From Candidatus Altiarchaeales archaeon (GTDB lineage Archaea; Altiarchaeota; Altiarchaeia; IMC4; SCGC-AAA252-I15), in assembly GCA_014727915.1 (NCBI GenBank), contig WJMO01000006.1, forward strand, positions 472,762 to 536,761: 64,000 bases of DNA. The letters run 5' to 3'. Under the pieces are notes generated by a model. The model did no database searches. It was not told where the DNA came from and saw nothing but the letters and a program-made list of their open reading frames with translations. The first letter of the stretch is position 1, and the number at the start of each line of letters is the position of its first letter. Both the position numbers and the translations under genes were made by a program. Shown piece after piece: positions 28,149 to 38,639 of the stretch.

Positions 28149-29615
28149 ATGATATTGGATGATATAGAGTCTACTGCTGACGTGGTTGTGCCCAGCGACC
28201 CGATAGCCCGGGTCATAGGCCAGGATAACGCCATCGAGAAGATACATGTTGCCATACGGCAGAGGAGGAACCTGTTGCTCGTAGGGCCGCCGGGTGTGGG
28301 AAAGAGCATGCTCGCTCAGGCGTTGGCCAAGCATCTGACCCCTCCCCAGCAGCAGATAAGCGTATTGCACAATCCCAAGGCCCCAAACAGGCCTGTCGTC
28401 GAGGTCATGCGGAAGGACGAGATAAGCAGCAGGAGCCAGAAGGAGGGGTTGGCTACGGGGCGTGTCGTAAGCCCCATGGAAGTCCCTTCCTTCGTTGCTG
28501 AACGGCTTGGGTTCAGGTGTGGGAGCTGCGGCTCATTGAGCGGGGTGGAGTTCCTAACCTGCCCCCGCTGCGGGTCCAACAAGTACAGCAGGATGGTCAA
28601 GAGCAGGCAGGAGAACCCTGTGAACAAGATGCTCACTGACGTGTTCGAAGTCGGCCCTGTTAAGCCTGAGAAGGAGGTGCAGACGTCTAGGATAGGATAC
28701 GGGGGTTCGGAAGAGGTCGTGGTATACCAGAGGACCAGCGAGGGGAAGGTGCGGGTCCTGGACCAGAAGGCTTTGGAGGAGATAAGGCAGTTGAACGAGA
28801 GGGATAAGCGCCATGTCATAGTCCCGTTGGAGCGGAAGAACTTCGTGCACATGAGCGGGGCTACTGAGACGGAGCTGTTGGGGGATGTCCGCCACGACCC
28901 CTACGGCAGCCACCCGGAGATCGGAACACCCGCATATCTAAGGGTCGTGGCGGGCGCTATACACGAAGCCCATGAGGGGGTCCTGTTCATAGATGAACTG
29001 CCCCACCTGGAGCACCTGCAGAACTTCATCTTGACCGCCATGCAGGAGAAGAAGTTCCCAATAACGGGCAGGAACCCCCAGAGCGCGGGGGCTTCCGTGA
29101 AAGTCAAGGACGTGCCCTGCGACTTCCTTTTCGTCGGAGCCTGCAACATAGTGGACGTGTCCAAGATCCTTCCGCCGCTGAGGTCGCGCATCATAGGTAA
29201 CGGTTATGAGATTCTCTTGGAGACTACCATGCCTGACACACCAGAGAACAGGGATAGGATACTGCAGTTTGTGGCGCAGGAGATAGCCACTGACGGCAGG
29301 ATACCTCACGCTTCCCCGGAGGTTGTTAAAGCCATCATCGAGGAGGCTAAGGTTCGCGCTCAGGGGGTTGACAACGCTAAGAACTCGCTGACCTTGAGGC
29401 TCAGGGACCTGGGGGGTGTCGTCCGGATGGCGGGGGACCTGGCGGTGTTGGAGGATAGCGAGTACATTGAGTATCGGCATGTTGAGCGGAGCCTTAAGGA
29501 GTCCAAGTCAATCGAACACCAGCTTCAGGAGAGGTATGGGAGCGTCTGGAGCGGTTTGGAGAAGGACAAGTCCATAGTCTTGGACCATGATTCCGCGGAC
29601 AGGAGCTACGGGTGA
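28149..29615 (+). CDS. Lon-family AAA+ ATPase lacking a recognisable S16 protease domain, with a Zn-ribbon insertion
   Basis: LonB-like N-terminus VIGQDNAIEKIHVAIRQRRNLLLVGPPGVGKSML, then CGSCGS...CPRCGS (4 Cys) where LonB carries its TM insert, then Walker B/sensor (GVLFIDEL). The C-terminal 150 aa has no Ser-Lys dyad motif. Start placed at MILDDIES. Confidence 0.55.
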   Translation: MILDDIESTADVVVPSDPIARVIGQDNAIEKIHVAIRQRRNLLLVGPPGVGKSMLAQALAKHLTPPQQQISVLHNPKAPNRPVVEVMRKDEISSRSQKEGLATGRVVSPMEVPSFVAERLGFRCGSCGSLSGVEFLTCPRCGSNKYSRMVKSRQENPVNKMLTDVFEVGPVKPEKEVQTSRIGYGGSEEVVVYQRTSEGKVRVLDQKALEEIRQLNERDKRHVIVPLERKNFVHMSGATETELLGDVRHDPYGSHPEIGTPAYLRVVAGAIHEAHEGVLFIDELPHLEHLQNFILTAMQEKKFPITGRNPQSAGASVKVKDVPCDFLFVGACNIVDVSKILPPLRSRIIGNGYEILLETTMPDTPENRDRILQFVAQEIATDGRIPHASPEVVKAIIEEAKVRAQGVDNAKNSLTLRLRDLGGVVRMAGDLAVLEDSEYIEYRHVERSLKESKSIEHQLQERYGSVWSGLEKDKSIVLDHDSADRSYG

Positions 29616-30976
29616 CTTACGTGAGCGCTGAGGGCAACCGCAGAATATTGCTCGTATACCCCCCGTATGAGAAGCCATTGATGCGGCAGGGACTCCATTA
29701 CACCTCCATACCCTTGGGCGTGGGGTATTTAGCATCTGTGTTGGAGGCGTCAGGGTTTGAAGTATCGGTGGTAGACTGCAACATCAGAGAATCCTCCCCG
29801 GAGGGGATGGCAGAGTCCATAGGCGAATTAAAGCCGGATATCGTCGGTTTGACCATTACGAGCCCGGGTCTGAGATACGCCTATAAGCTAATATCCGAAC
29901 TCAGGGAGGGGGGGCTCACTTCCACTATTCGCGTGGCTGCTGGTGGCCCGCATGTAACGGCAGATCCCGGGGCTTCGACCTGCCTTGGGGCTGACTTGTA
30001 CTTCACGGGAGAGTCGGAATACGCGTTCAGAGACTACTGTGTTAGCAGGAGGGAAAACGCAGGGAGAAACAACATCATAGAGTCTGGTTTGATAGGGGAC
30101 TTGGACTGTCTCCCATACCCCGCCCGGCACCTCTTCAACGGGGGGAGTTACAGGTTCACTCCGGTGGCCGCCTCAAGGGGCTGCCCCTTCAACTGCGGCT
30201 ACTGCGGCATATCAGGGACACAGTACCGGAAGAGGAGTATTGCGAATGTCAGGGGCGAGATCGAGCATCTCGCCTCCTTCAATACGAGGTCTGTTGACTT
30301 CACAGACGACATATTCACATTGGACCGGCCCTACGCGAGGGGGGTTGCGGAGGTGATGGGCGAGTATGGGATGGGATGGTCATGCACTACCCGGGCCGAC
30401 CTAGTGGACGGCGGGATACTGGAGCATCTGGCGGATAATGAATGCCGGCATATAAGCTTCGGTGTTGAAACAGGAGTCGAGCGGATAAGGTATAGGATGG
30501 GGAAGAAAGTGCCGGACAGCAGGTACCAGAATGCGTTCAAATCCTGCAGGGATGCGGGGATCAGAACAAGGGCTTATGCTATGCTAGGCTTTCCGGGCGA
30601 AACATTGGAGGACGTTCATAGAACCTTCGATTTCGTGAACGGTTTGGGGGCTGATGAGGTCCTGTATTCGCCCACGATAATCTACCCAAACACGTGGTTG
30701 ATGAAAGCGGCTGTTGAAGAGGGAAAGACAGGTTCGGACGCTTGGGTTAGGTACATGCGAGGGGAGGGTGGAATACCATACTATCTCCCGGAAGGCTTGA
30801 GTCTCGAAGAAGTTAACGCGTTAATCTACGAGGAGGGCAAGCGGTTCTACCTGAATCCAAAGCGGATATTGGCCAGGATGAGGGATGCGCAATCATTGGA
30901 TGACATCGCAGACTCGTTCAAGGCCCTGGCAGTATGGATGGTGGGGGCCATTAATAAACAAACCAGGACAAAATAG
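29612..30976 (+). CDS. B12-binding-domain radical SAM protein (class B)
   Basis: N-terminal Rossmann-like B12-binding region (ILLVYPPYE...VSVVDCN) and a CPFNCGYC CxxxCxxC cluster. Its ATG overlaps the upstream gene's stop. Confidence 0.7.
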   Translation: MTYVSAEGNRRILLVYPPYEKPLMRQGLHYTSIPLGVGYLASVLEASGFEVSVVDCNIRESSPEGMAESIGELKPDIVGLTITSPGLRYAYKLISELREGGLTSTIRVAAGGPHVTADPGASTCLGADLYFTGESEYAFRDYCVSRRENAGRNNIIESGLIGDLDCLPYPARHLFNGGSYRFTPVAASRGCPFNCGYCGISGTQYRKRSIANVRGEIEHLASFNTRSVDFTDDIFTLDRPYARGVAEVMGEYGMGWSCTTRADLVDGGILEHLADNECRHISFGVETGVERIRYRMGKKVPDSRYQNAFKSCRDAGIRTRAYAMLGFPGETLEDVHRTFDFVNGLGADEVLYSPTIIYPNTWLMKAAVEEGKTGSDAWVRYMRGEGGIPYYLPEGLSLEEVNALIYEEGKRFYLNPKRILARMRDAQSLDDIADSFKALAVWMVGAINKQTRTK

Positions 30977-31095
30977 AAGATAGAGGCGGGTAGCGGACCA
31001 CCACAGGCTCCGGTCGTTAGGGCATGAAAGGCGATAACGCCCCCGGGTCCGGGAGCTTGGAAAAAGAGAAAATCCAGACCGTCGGAGTGCAGACA

Positions 31096-31905
31096 ATGAC
31101 AAGATTCGGGTTGTTGGGGTGCGGCGCTATGGGTTCGGCCGTCGCCCAGGCCTTCGTTTCCGGGGAGATACCAAGGACACTGTCCTGCGTGTACGACGTA
31201 AGGGCAGAAGCTGCTGAAGAGCTCGCCCAGCGGTTCAAGGACCCGCCGAGGATATGCGAGTCCATCGGAGAGCTTATTGAAAACAGTGACTTCATAATAG
31301 AGGCCGCCAGCCAGGAAGCGGTCAGAGAGCATATGCCCGCGGCGTTGAAGGCGGAGAGGGACGTTCTGATAATGAGCGTCGGGGCCCTGCTGGACGATGA
31401 TGTGAGGGATAAGGTATACTCAGCTTCTAAGGAGAGCTCAGCCAGCATATACCTTCCAAGCGGAGCCCTCGCAGGCGTCGACGGTATGCTGTCTGGCGCG
31501 GTTGTGGGTGTTGATGCAGTGACACTGACAACCACCAAACCACCAGGGGGTTTGAGGGGAGTTGCATATCTAAAGCAGAGAGGAGTGGATGTCGAGCGAC
31601 TGGCAGAGCCTACTGTTGTCTTCGAGGGGTCGGCTGTGGAGGCGGCGCGCCTGTTCCCGAAGAACATAAACGTGTCTGCTGTAGCGTCGCTCGCGTCGGG
31701 GAGAACAGCAAATGTGAGGATAGTATGCGACCCAGACGCCGAGCGGAACACCCATGAGATATGTGCAACTGGGCCGTTCGGGGAGGTCACCGCCAAAACG
31801 ACAAACCTCCCTTCGCCTGACAACCCGAAGACATCATACCTGGCAGCATTGTCCGTCATAGCAACTCTCAAGAAGATTACAGGGAACATAAAGATAGGAA
31901 ACTAA
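31096..31905 (+). CDS. nadX: L-aspartate dehydrogenase (NAD biosynthesis)
   Basis: N-terminus FGLLGCGAMGSAVA (NAD(P)-binding) and an aspartate-dehydrogenase-like core. Start chosen at MTRFGLLG. Confidence 0.55.
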   Translation: MTRFGLLGCGAMGSAVAQAFVSGEIPRTLSCVYDVRAEAAEELAQRFKDPPRICESIGELIENSDFIIEAASQEAVREHMPAALKAERDVLIMSVGALLDDDVRDKVYSASKESSASIYLPSGALAGVDGMLSGAVVGVDAVTLTTTKPPGGLRGVAYLKQRGVDVERLAEPTVVFEGSAVEAARLFPKNINVSAVASLASGRTANVRIVCDPDAERNTHEICATGPFGEVTAKTTNLPSPDNPKTSYLAALSVIATLKKITGNIKIGN

Positions 31906-31927
31906 AGAAAACACCGCAGTATTCAAA

Positions 31928-32716
31928 ATGTCCATTAGGGAGCGTGTTAGGTTCTGGTTCGAGGATTTGGAGACGCCCATGGGCAAGGCCGTCGACATAG
32001 TGGTGTTGACTCTCATATTCCTTGCCTGCGCCGTCTACGCAGCCCAGAACTACCCATTGGATGCGGATACGCTCTCCATGCTCTCGACGGTAGAGGTCAT
32101 CATCGGCCTGGCGTTCACCGCAGAGTACCTGCTCAGACTCTGGTCTGCTGAAGACCGGGTCCGTCATTCGTTGAACGTATACTCCATCATCGACTTGGTG
32201 GCGATAATGCCCGTGTTCCTGGCGTTCACCAGCCTACAGTTCCTCCGCGTATTCCGGGCCTTCAGGATATTCCGGCTGCTGAGGTTCCTCGAGAACCGAC
32301 ACTTCTTCTTCGGGAGCATAACGGAAACCGGGCTAATCGCGGCAAGGATACTCTTCACATTCTCCACTATCGTGTTCGTGAGCGCCAGCCTCATACTGAT
32401 AGCTGAGGTCGAAGTTAACAGCGAGTTGAACACTTTCACTGACGCGGTTTACTTCTCGGTGGTCACATTGACAACCGTGGGGTTCGGGGACATCGTTCCC
32501 CTCACAGAGGGAGGGCGGTTGATCACCCTGTTCATAATAGTCTCGGGCATCATATTCATACCCTGGCAGCTCGGCAGCCTCATACGGCAGCTAATCGCGG
32601 CCGGCGGGAAGAGGAACATAATCTGCCGGAACTGCGGGCTCACCCGCCACGACCCAGATGCAGTGCACTGCAAACACTGCGGTGCAACCATATACCAGGA
32701 GACAAGAGGAGCCTGA
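31928..32716 (+). CDS. Potassium channel (2TM pore type) with a C-terminal zinc ribbon
   Basis: Selectivity filter TTVGFGD between TM helices. C-terminal CRNCG...HCKHCG. Confidence 0.65.
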   Translation: MSIRERVRFWFEDLETPMGKAVDIVVLTLIFLACAVYAAQNYPLDADTLSMLSTVEVIIGLAFTAEYLLRLWSAEDRVRHSLNVYSIIDLVAIMPVFLAFTSLQFLRVFRAFRIFRLLRFLENRHFFFGSITETGLIAARILFTFSTIVFVSASLILIAEVEVNSELNTFTDAVYFSVVTLTTVGFGDIVPLTEGGRLITLFIIVSGIIFIPWQLGSLIRQLIAAGGKRNIICRNCGLTRHDPDAVHCKHCGATIYQETRGA

Positions 32717-32781
32717 AAAGCACGGTTAGGCACTACAGGTTTTGTTGTATTCTTTAACAGGCAAGGGACAATCATAATCTG

Positions 32782-33684
32782 ATGGAAAGGATAGAGGACC
32801 TGAAGGTCGAAAGGGGCGAGACCGCCAAGTCACTAACGAGAAAGTTAGGCACTACAGGTTTTCAGGGTAGTTGGGTGTCAGACGCCGCGGAGCTGATAAA
32901 GAAGATGCGTAAGGAGAAGTGCACGGTATTCCTGACGTTCACCGCCAACATGATGGCCTCCGGACTCCGGGGCATATTCACCCAGATGATAGAGGAGGGA
33001 CTAGTGGATGCTGTAATAACAACCGGAGGAAGCATAGACCACGACATAATCAAGAGCCACAAACCATACCTGCTCGGCGACTACTACCTCGACGACGTTA
33101 AACTCCACAAGAAAGGAGTGAACCGAATAGGCAACATACTGGTCCCGAACAACAGATACCTGCTATTGGAGAGGAAGATTGGGGGGTACTTCAAGGCATT
33201 CAACAGGATGCAGGACGTGTTCGCGCCATCCGAGCTCAACGAATTCATGGGCTCCCAGCTGCCGAAAGGCAGCTTCCTGAACGCGTGCAACCGTAAGGCA
33301 GTTCCTGTATTCTGCCCAGGGATGGTAGACTCCGCAATCGGAATGCACCTCTACTTCTACCGCCAAGACCACAAAGACTTCATAATGAACCCGGCAGCAG
33401 ACCTCGAAAGACTGGGGGACATTGTGTTCAATGCAAAGAAGACTGGGGGGATAGTCCTTGGAGGGGGGATCAGCAAACACCACCTCATCGGCGCCAACCT
33501 AATGCGCGGCGGCCTGGACTATGCAGTGTACGTCACAACCGCTGCCGAGTATGACGGCAGCCTAAGCGGCGCACAACCACGAGAGGCGAAAAGCTGGGGC
33601 AAGATAAAAGAGACGGGCAGCACAGTCACAGTCCACTGCGACGCCACCCTCGCGCTGCCCCTGATAACGGCCGCGATCAGATGA
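32782..33684 (+). CDS. dys: Deoxyhypusine synthase
   Basis: 300 aa. Matches the archaeal DHS length and motifs, including GGGISKHH-type NAD-binding and FLTFTANMMASGLR. Confidence 0.75.
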   Translation: MERIEDLKVERGETAKSLTRKLGTTGFQGSWVSDAAELIKKMRKEKCTVFLTFTANMMASGLRGIFTQMIEEGLVDAVITTGGSIDHDIIKSHKPYLLGDYYLDDVKLHKKGVNRIGNILVPNNRYLLLERKIGGYFKAFNRMQDVFAPSELNEFMGSQLPKGSFLNACNRKAVPVFCPGMVDSAIGMHLYFYRQDHKDFIMNPAADLERLGDIVFNAKKTGGIVLGGGISKHHLIGANLMRGGLDYAVYVTTAAEYDGSLSGAQPREAKSWGKIKETGSTVTVHCDATLALPLITAAIR

Positions 33685-33733
33685 ACGGCCATAGTGCACA
33701 GGTAATAACCAATAAACCCCCAATAGAGCTAAC

Positions 33734-34666
33734 ATGGGGGTCGAGAGGGAGGGCGCGCACCCTCCAAGCCAGGAGCAACCGATGTTCTCAGAGCTTATGG
33801 GCTTGGGACCTGTCGAGAAGCAGATGGCCGTCTATCTAATGTCTGTCATATTCCGAGACGCTAACACCCCAGATTTCGACGCTAGGCTAGGGAGGATGAT
33901 GTCACGGCTAGGGTTCAGCCCCGAGGAGATAAGGGACAGCTATTTTGTGCCCCCATTGGAGGAAGTCCTTGCGGTCGAGGTAGGTGAACGCGACTTACCC
34001 CACTCTGGAGGAACAGTTAAGCTGCCTGTCATGGACAGGAACCTGAGCACGTCGAAGGGCCCTGTCGAATGCCGGATCGTGGGCACATCCCATGGAAAAA
34101 GGCATTTCGTGACTGAACAGGTCACCGACGCCAGTCGGAGGGTTCTAATGGATGCTGACGGCCACGAACATGGCTTCCCCCTATTCTATGGGGTGGAGGG
34201 GAGAACGGCGCCGCTGGACATGTCCAAGGAGATTATGCCCTTATTGAGCCCGGAGATGACAGCACAGTTCGGGCTCAAGCTGATCGGCGCCACAATCATG
34301 GATTTCGCAGCGGAGACGGGCCACCCTCTGGCGGAGACATTCACCCGAGGGGGTAGGTACGGCGGCAGACGGAACCTCCAAGAGGGAATGTGGAATTCAG
34401 TCAGCCGGTTCTACGAAACACGGGAGGCCATGAGCGGCAACCAGCTGAGATATGAGTGGAACGACCTCATAGCAAGAAGCGCGGAACAGGCACACAGCAT
34501 AGCATCGATAGCGGAGGCAAAGACCGGCCGTGAGAACATCGCCTGCTCGTTCATAGTTGGAGCAGGACACCTACCATTCATAGGCTGGTTCCTCGACCAT
34601 CCAAGAGAGAGGAACATGACCCTATTGCAGATGAGCAATCTGGCAGGGCCCGGAACACAACAGTAA
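33734..34666 (+). CDS. Hypothetical protein (310 aa), no recognised domain
   Basis: Clean ORF at coding GC. No motifs recognised. Confidence 0.3.
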   Translation: MGVEREGAHPPSQEQPMFSELMGLGPVEKQMAVYLMSVIFRDANTPDFDARLGRMMSRLGFSPEEIRDSYFVPPLEEVLAVEVGERDLPHSGGTVKLPVMDRNLSTSKGPVECRIVGTSHGKRHFVTEQVTDASRRVLMDADGHEHGFPLFYGVEGRTAPLDMSKEIMPLLSPEMTAQFGLKLIGATIMDFAAETGHPLAETFTRGGRYGGRRNLQEGMWNSVSRFYETREAMSGNQLRYEWNDLIARSAEQAHSIASIAEAKTGRENIACSFIVGAGHLPFIGWFLDHPRERNMTLLQMSNLAGPGTQQ

Positions 34667-34747
34667 AGGCAGACGCGACACCAGACCACCACGAGGTAAC
34701 CAGGCACCTTAAATAAGCCTATGACATATTGATAAGGATAATCCAAG

Positions 34748-34972
34748 ATGGAAGACGAGGTTAAGAAGGCTTTGGAGAAGGTCAGGCCCATGCTGCAGGC
34801 AGACGGGGGGGACGTGGAGTTCGTGTCAGTGGACGACGAGGGCGTCGTTAAGGTCCGGCTCAAGGGAGCCTGCCACGGGTGCCCGATGAGCCAGATGACG
34901 CTCCAGCACGGGATAGAACAGGTACTGAAGAAGGAAGTCGAAGGCGTGAAGAAGGTCGAGCCCGCCGACTAG
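34748..34972 (+). CDS. NifU-like (Nfu-type) Fe-S cluster scaffold domain protein
   Basis: 74 aa. LQADGGDVEFVSVDDEGVVKVRLKGACHGCPMS is the classic NifU C-terminal-domain CxxC pattern. Confidence 0.65.
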   Translation: MEDEVKKALEKVRPMLQADGGDVEFVSVDDEGVVKVRLKGACHGCPMSQMTLQHGIEQVLKKEVEGVKKVEPAD

Positions 34973-35028
34973 GCCGGGCCCGTTATTTATTCTAGTATTC
35001 AGATACCTAAACCCAGACTCTGTGAGGT

Positions 35029-37170
35029 GTGGTTGGGATGGTTTCTAAGGTCAAAAAGAGAGACGGGCGGACAGTCAAGTTCAACAAGCAGAAGATAGTA
35101 GACGCGATAGAGAAGGCCATAGAGGCCGTTGAAGACAATGACGGAGAGGAAGCCAGGAAGCTCGCGGCCAAGGTCGTCAAATACCTGAACAGGAAGTATC
35201 GGGGCAAGACGCCCACGGTCGAGGAGGTCCAGGACGCTGTGGAGAACGTTCTCATAGACGAGGCTGACCCGGAAGTAGCTAAAGCATACATACGTTACAG
35301 GGACGAGCGAAAGAGGATACGGGAGGCCAAGTCGATGATGGGCGTTGACGACGACATCAAACTCTCATTGAACGCTGTCAAGGTTCTGGAGAAGAGGTAT
35401 CTGATAAAGGACGACAACGGCGTCGTGGAGGAGACTCCTAAGCAGATGTTCCACCGGGTCGCCAACAACATAGCCGAGGCTGACAAGGTTTACGACAAGA
35501 AAGCGGACGTGAGGAAGACCGCGCGGGAGTTCTACAACGTCATGGCCTCATTGGAGTTCGTCCCTAACAGCCCCACGATGATGAACGCGGGCCGCCAGCT
35601 GCAGCAGCTTTCAGCATGCTTCGTCCTGCCAGTCGAGGACACCATGGACAGCATATTCGAAGCCATAAAGAACACCGCCCTCATACACCAAAGCGGCGGG
35701 GGGACCGGCTTCAGCTTCTCCAGGCTCAGGCCCAAAGGCGACATAGTCGCGTCTACCAGCGGGGTTGCCAGCGGCCCCCTGTCCTTCATGAACGTCTTCA
35801 ATGCAGCCACCGAAGTCATCAAACAGGGAGGAACGAGGAGGGGGGCTAACATGGCCATACTGAGGGTGGACCACCCGGACATACTGGACTTCATAACAGC
35901 GAAGGAGAAGGAGGAGGTCCTCAACAACTTCAACATATCCGTGGGCCTGACAGGCGAATTCATGAAGGCGGTAGAGCACAACCAAGAGTACGAGCTCATA
36001 AACCCCAGGACAAAGGAGGTCGTGAACAAGATAAGCGCGCGCACCGTCTTCGACCTCATAGTCACGATGGCCTGGAAGAACGGGGAGCCGGGCATAATCT
36101 TCCTTGACCGGATAAACCGGGACAATCCCACCCCTTCTATAGGGGAGATGGAATCAACCAACCCCTGCGGGGAACAGCCGCTCCTGCCCTATGAGGCGTG
36201 CAATCTGGGAAGCGTTAACCTGGCCAAGATGGTCGACAACGGGAAGATCAACTACCGGCGATTGAGGAGGGTTGTTCACACGGCCGTCCACTTCCTGGAC
36301 AATGTCATTGACATGAGCAAGTTCCCACTGGATAAGATAACAAAGATGGTGAAGTCAAACCGGAAGATCGGATTGGGCGTGATGGGCTTCGCGGACATGC
36401 TGCTTGAGATGGGAATAGCCTATAACAGCGGGGAGGGCGTTGAGGCGGCACGGGAAGTCATGAAGTTCATAGACGAGGAGTCGAAGAAGGCTTCCGTTGC
36501 GTTGGCTGAGAAGAGGGGCAGCTTCCCGAACTTCAAGAAGAGCACCTGGAAGGAGAGGGGCTATAAGATGCTCAGGAACGCCACCACCACGACCATCGCC
36601 CCGACAGGAACCATCAGTATCATAGCCAACAGCTCAGGGGGCATAGAGCCGTTGTTCGCCATATCTTTCATACGGAACATACTGGACAACACCGAGATGA
36701 TAGAGGTGAACCCAATATTCGAGAGGGTGGCCCGTGAGAGGGGATTCTACAACGACGACCTTATGCGAAAGATCGCGAAGAGGGGCACCATACAGGACAT
36801 AGACGAGATACCAGATGATGTGCGGAGGGTTTTCGTCACGGCCCATGACATCACGCCCGAATGGCATGCCAGGATGCAGGCTGCTTTCCAGGAGCACACG
36901 GACAACGCAGTATCCAAGACTGTGAACTTCCCGAATCACGCCACCACAAGCGACGTCGAGGAAGTGTACATGCTCGCATACCGTCTCGGGTGCAAGGGAG
37001 TCACCATATACCGAGACGGAAGCAGGAGCAACCAGGTCTTGAACATAGAGTCCGTTAAGAAATCCCCCGGTGGAGTGGAGAGCGCATGCCCCGAGTGCGG
37101 GGGCAAACTCTCCTTTGAGGAAGGATGCAGCAAATGCCACGGCTGCGGTTACTCTGTCTGCAGCGTCTGA
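35029..37170 (+). CDS. nrdJ: Adenosylcobalamin-dependent (class II) ribonucleotide reductase
   Basis: N-terminal ATP-cone ([21 protein letters not shown]), catalytic core ([15 protein letters not shown]) and a C-terminal Zn ribbon CPECG...CSKCHGCG. 713 aa. Confidence 0.85.
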   Translation: MVGMVSKVKKRDGRTVKFNKQKIVDAIEKAIEAVEDNDGEEARKLAAKVVKYLNRKYRGKTPTVEEVQDAVENVLIDEADPEVAKAYIRYRDERKRIREAKSMMGVDDDIKLSLNAVKVLEKRYLIKDDNGVVEETPKQMFHRVANNIAEADKVYDKKADVRKTAREFYNVMASLEFVPNSPTMMNAGRQLQQLSACFVLPVEDTMDSIFEAIKNTALIHQSGGGTGFSFSRLRPKGDIVASTSGVASGPLSFMNVFNAATEVIKQGGTRRGANMAILRVDHPDILDFITAKEKEEVLNNFNISVGLTGEFMKAVEHNQEYELINPRTKEVVNKISARTVFDLIVTMAWKNGEPGIIFLDRINRDNPTPSIGEMESTNPCGEQPLLPYEACNLGSVNLAKMVDNGKINYRRLRRVVHTAVHFLDNVIDMSKFPLDKITKMVKSNRKIGLGVMGFADMLLEMGIAYNSGEGVEAAREVMKFIDEESKKASVALAEKRGSFPNFKKSTWKERGYKMLRNATTTTIAPTGTISIIANSSGGIEPLFAISFIRNILDNTEMIEVNPIFERVARERGFYNDDLMRKIAKRGTIQDIDEIPDDVRRVFVTAHDITPEWHARMQAAFQEHTDNAVSKTVNFPNHATTSDVEEVYMLAYRLGCKGVTIYRDGSRSNQVLNIESVKKSPGGVESACPECGGKLSFEEGCSKCHGCGYSVCSV

Positions 37171-37177
37171 GATCAAG

Positions 37178-37759
37178 ATGAGAAAGCGCAAGAGGAAAGG
37201 ACTGGTTCACGTGTACACAGGTGAGGGTAAGGGAAAGACCAGCGCGTCCGTTGGTTTGGCCACCCGCGCACTGGGGCATGGGCTGAAGGTGTACATGATA
37301 CAGTTCCTCAAGGGCGGAGGGCATTCCGGGGAATACCTCGCCTCAAAGGAGTTCCTACCGAACTTCACCATCAAACAGTTCGGGAAACCATGTCCCTACA
37401 GCGAGGAGATGAAAAAGGGGACGATGGAGTGCGGCAACTGCAAGGACTGCTTCCTAAGCCGGCGTGAAGAGCGGGAGAAAGTCAGCGAGGGGTTGGAGCT
37501 GGCTGAGAAGATAGTGAAGTCTGGGAAATACGATGTTGTGATATTGGACGAGATAAACAACGCGGTAAGCAGGAAGCTAACTTCGGTTTCGAAGGTGGTG
37601 AAGCTGATAAGGGGGCGTAAGTCCAATGTCGAGCTCATACTAACTGGCCGGCACGCCCCCAAGGACGTCATAGACGATGCGGACTACGTCACAGAGATGA
37701 AGCGAATAAAACACCCTTTCATGAAGGGTGTTAGGGTGCGGCATGGGATAGACTACTGA
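37178..37759 (+). CDS. Cob(I)alamin adenosyltransferase (CobA/CobO/BtuR family)
   Basis: P-loop VYTGEGKGKTSASVGLATRALGHG...QFLKGG, with a CGNCKDC insertion. Start moved to the internal ATG at 37178, just after the nrdJ stop. Confidence 0.7.
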   Translation: MRKRKRKGLVHVYTGEGKGKTSASVGLATRALGHGLKVYMIQFLKGGGHSGEYLASKEFLPNFTIKQFGKPCPYSEEMKKGTMECGNCKDCFLSRREEREKVSEGLELAEKIVKSGKYDVVILDEINNAVSRKLTSVSKVVKLIRGRKSNVELILTGRHAPKDVIDDADYVTEMKRIKHPFMKGVRVRHGIDY

Positions 37760-37826
37760 CACACCCCTGCCTGCTAGGCGTTTCTCCCGCCATTTATATG
37801 CCTTCCCTCAGCTATCATATACTCAG

Positions 37827-38621
37827 ATGGACCTTTTCAGCATATTAGCGGGGTTGGCGTTGGTTTTGGGGGCTTTCATGCTTTTTGCCGGAGTGATGGG
37901 TATTTTGTTAACTGTTGTTGGGGTCGCTTCAGCCCTCATATTCCTGAAGACGCGACAGATAATCGTCCCGCGCGTAACCTTGTTCATATTGAACATACTG
38001 GAGGCTCCCGTCCGCTACATGCTATGGATGTTCGGTATAGAGGAGGATGTGGTGAGCAACCTGGTGATAGAGGTCCGGAACCTGCTTTACACCCGGTCCT
38101 ACAACAAGACGCCCTACAAGGACCGGGCCATATTCCTGCCCCAGTGCCTTAGAAACCCCAAATGCCCTGCTCCATTGACTCCTGAGGGCATAAAGTGCAT
38201 GGGGTGCGGGCGATGCGGGATTGGAGCCATAAAGGATGAGGCTGAGCGGCTTGGCACTAGGGTTTTCATAGCCCCGGGCAGTTCGCTTATAAAGCGGATG
38301 GTCAAGAAATACCGTCCCAAGGCTATATTGGGGGTCGGGTGCCACATGGAAGTGAACGAGGGAACCGCCAAGATGGCCTCCTACGGGCTTCCAGTCCAAG
38401 GTGTTGTGTTGGACCGTGATGGCTGCGTTGACACCCGAGTCAACGTCCTTGAACTGTTGGAGAGGATAAAATCCCACAGCGCCTACGGCAGATACCACAT
38501 CGAAGAAGACCTGGAATTCCAGGAGAAAGCCGTTGAAATATCCAAGCTTTGGGGCGCGGGCTCAGCCACCGAAGTCGAGATAATCGAAGCGGTCAAAAAG
38601 AGCGAAAAAGGCAAGTGGTAG
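37827..38621 (+). CDS. Membrane protein with a Cys cluster (DUF116-like)
   Basis: Two N-terminal TM helices, then LPQCLRNPKCPAPLTPEGIKCMGCGRCGIG. Confidence 0.4.
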   Translation: MDLFSILAGLALVLGAFMLFAGVMGILLTVVGVASALIFLKTRQIIVPRVTLFILNILEAPVRYMLWMFGIEEDVVSNLVIEVRNLLYTRSYNKTPYKDRAIFLPQCLRNPKCPAPLTPEGIKCMGCGRCGIGAIKDEAERLGTRVFIAPGSSLIKRMVKKYRPKAILGVGCHMEVNEGTAKMASYGLPVQGVVLDRDGCVDTRVNVLELLERIKSHSAYGRYHIEEDLEFQEKAVEISKLWGAGSATEVEIIEAVKKSEKGKW

Positions 38622-38639
38622 AACACGCGTCAACACCAC

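Noticed and set aside
31017-31889. 290-aa minus-strand ORF antisense to nadX
   Set aside because: Ala/Ser/Thr-rich, with no start context. The sense frame carries a Rossmann motif.
35532-36161. 209-aa minus-strand ORF antisense to nrdJ (plus several shorter ones through 37324)
   Set aside because: Inside a class II RNR gene that has clear catalytic motifs.
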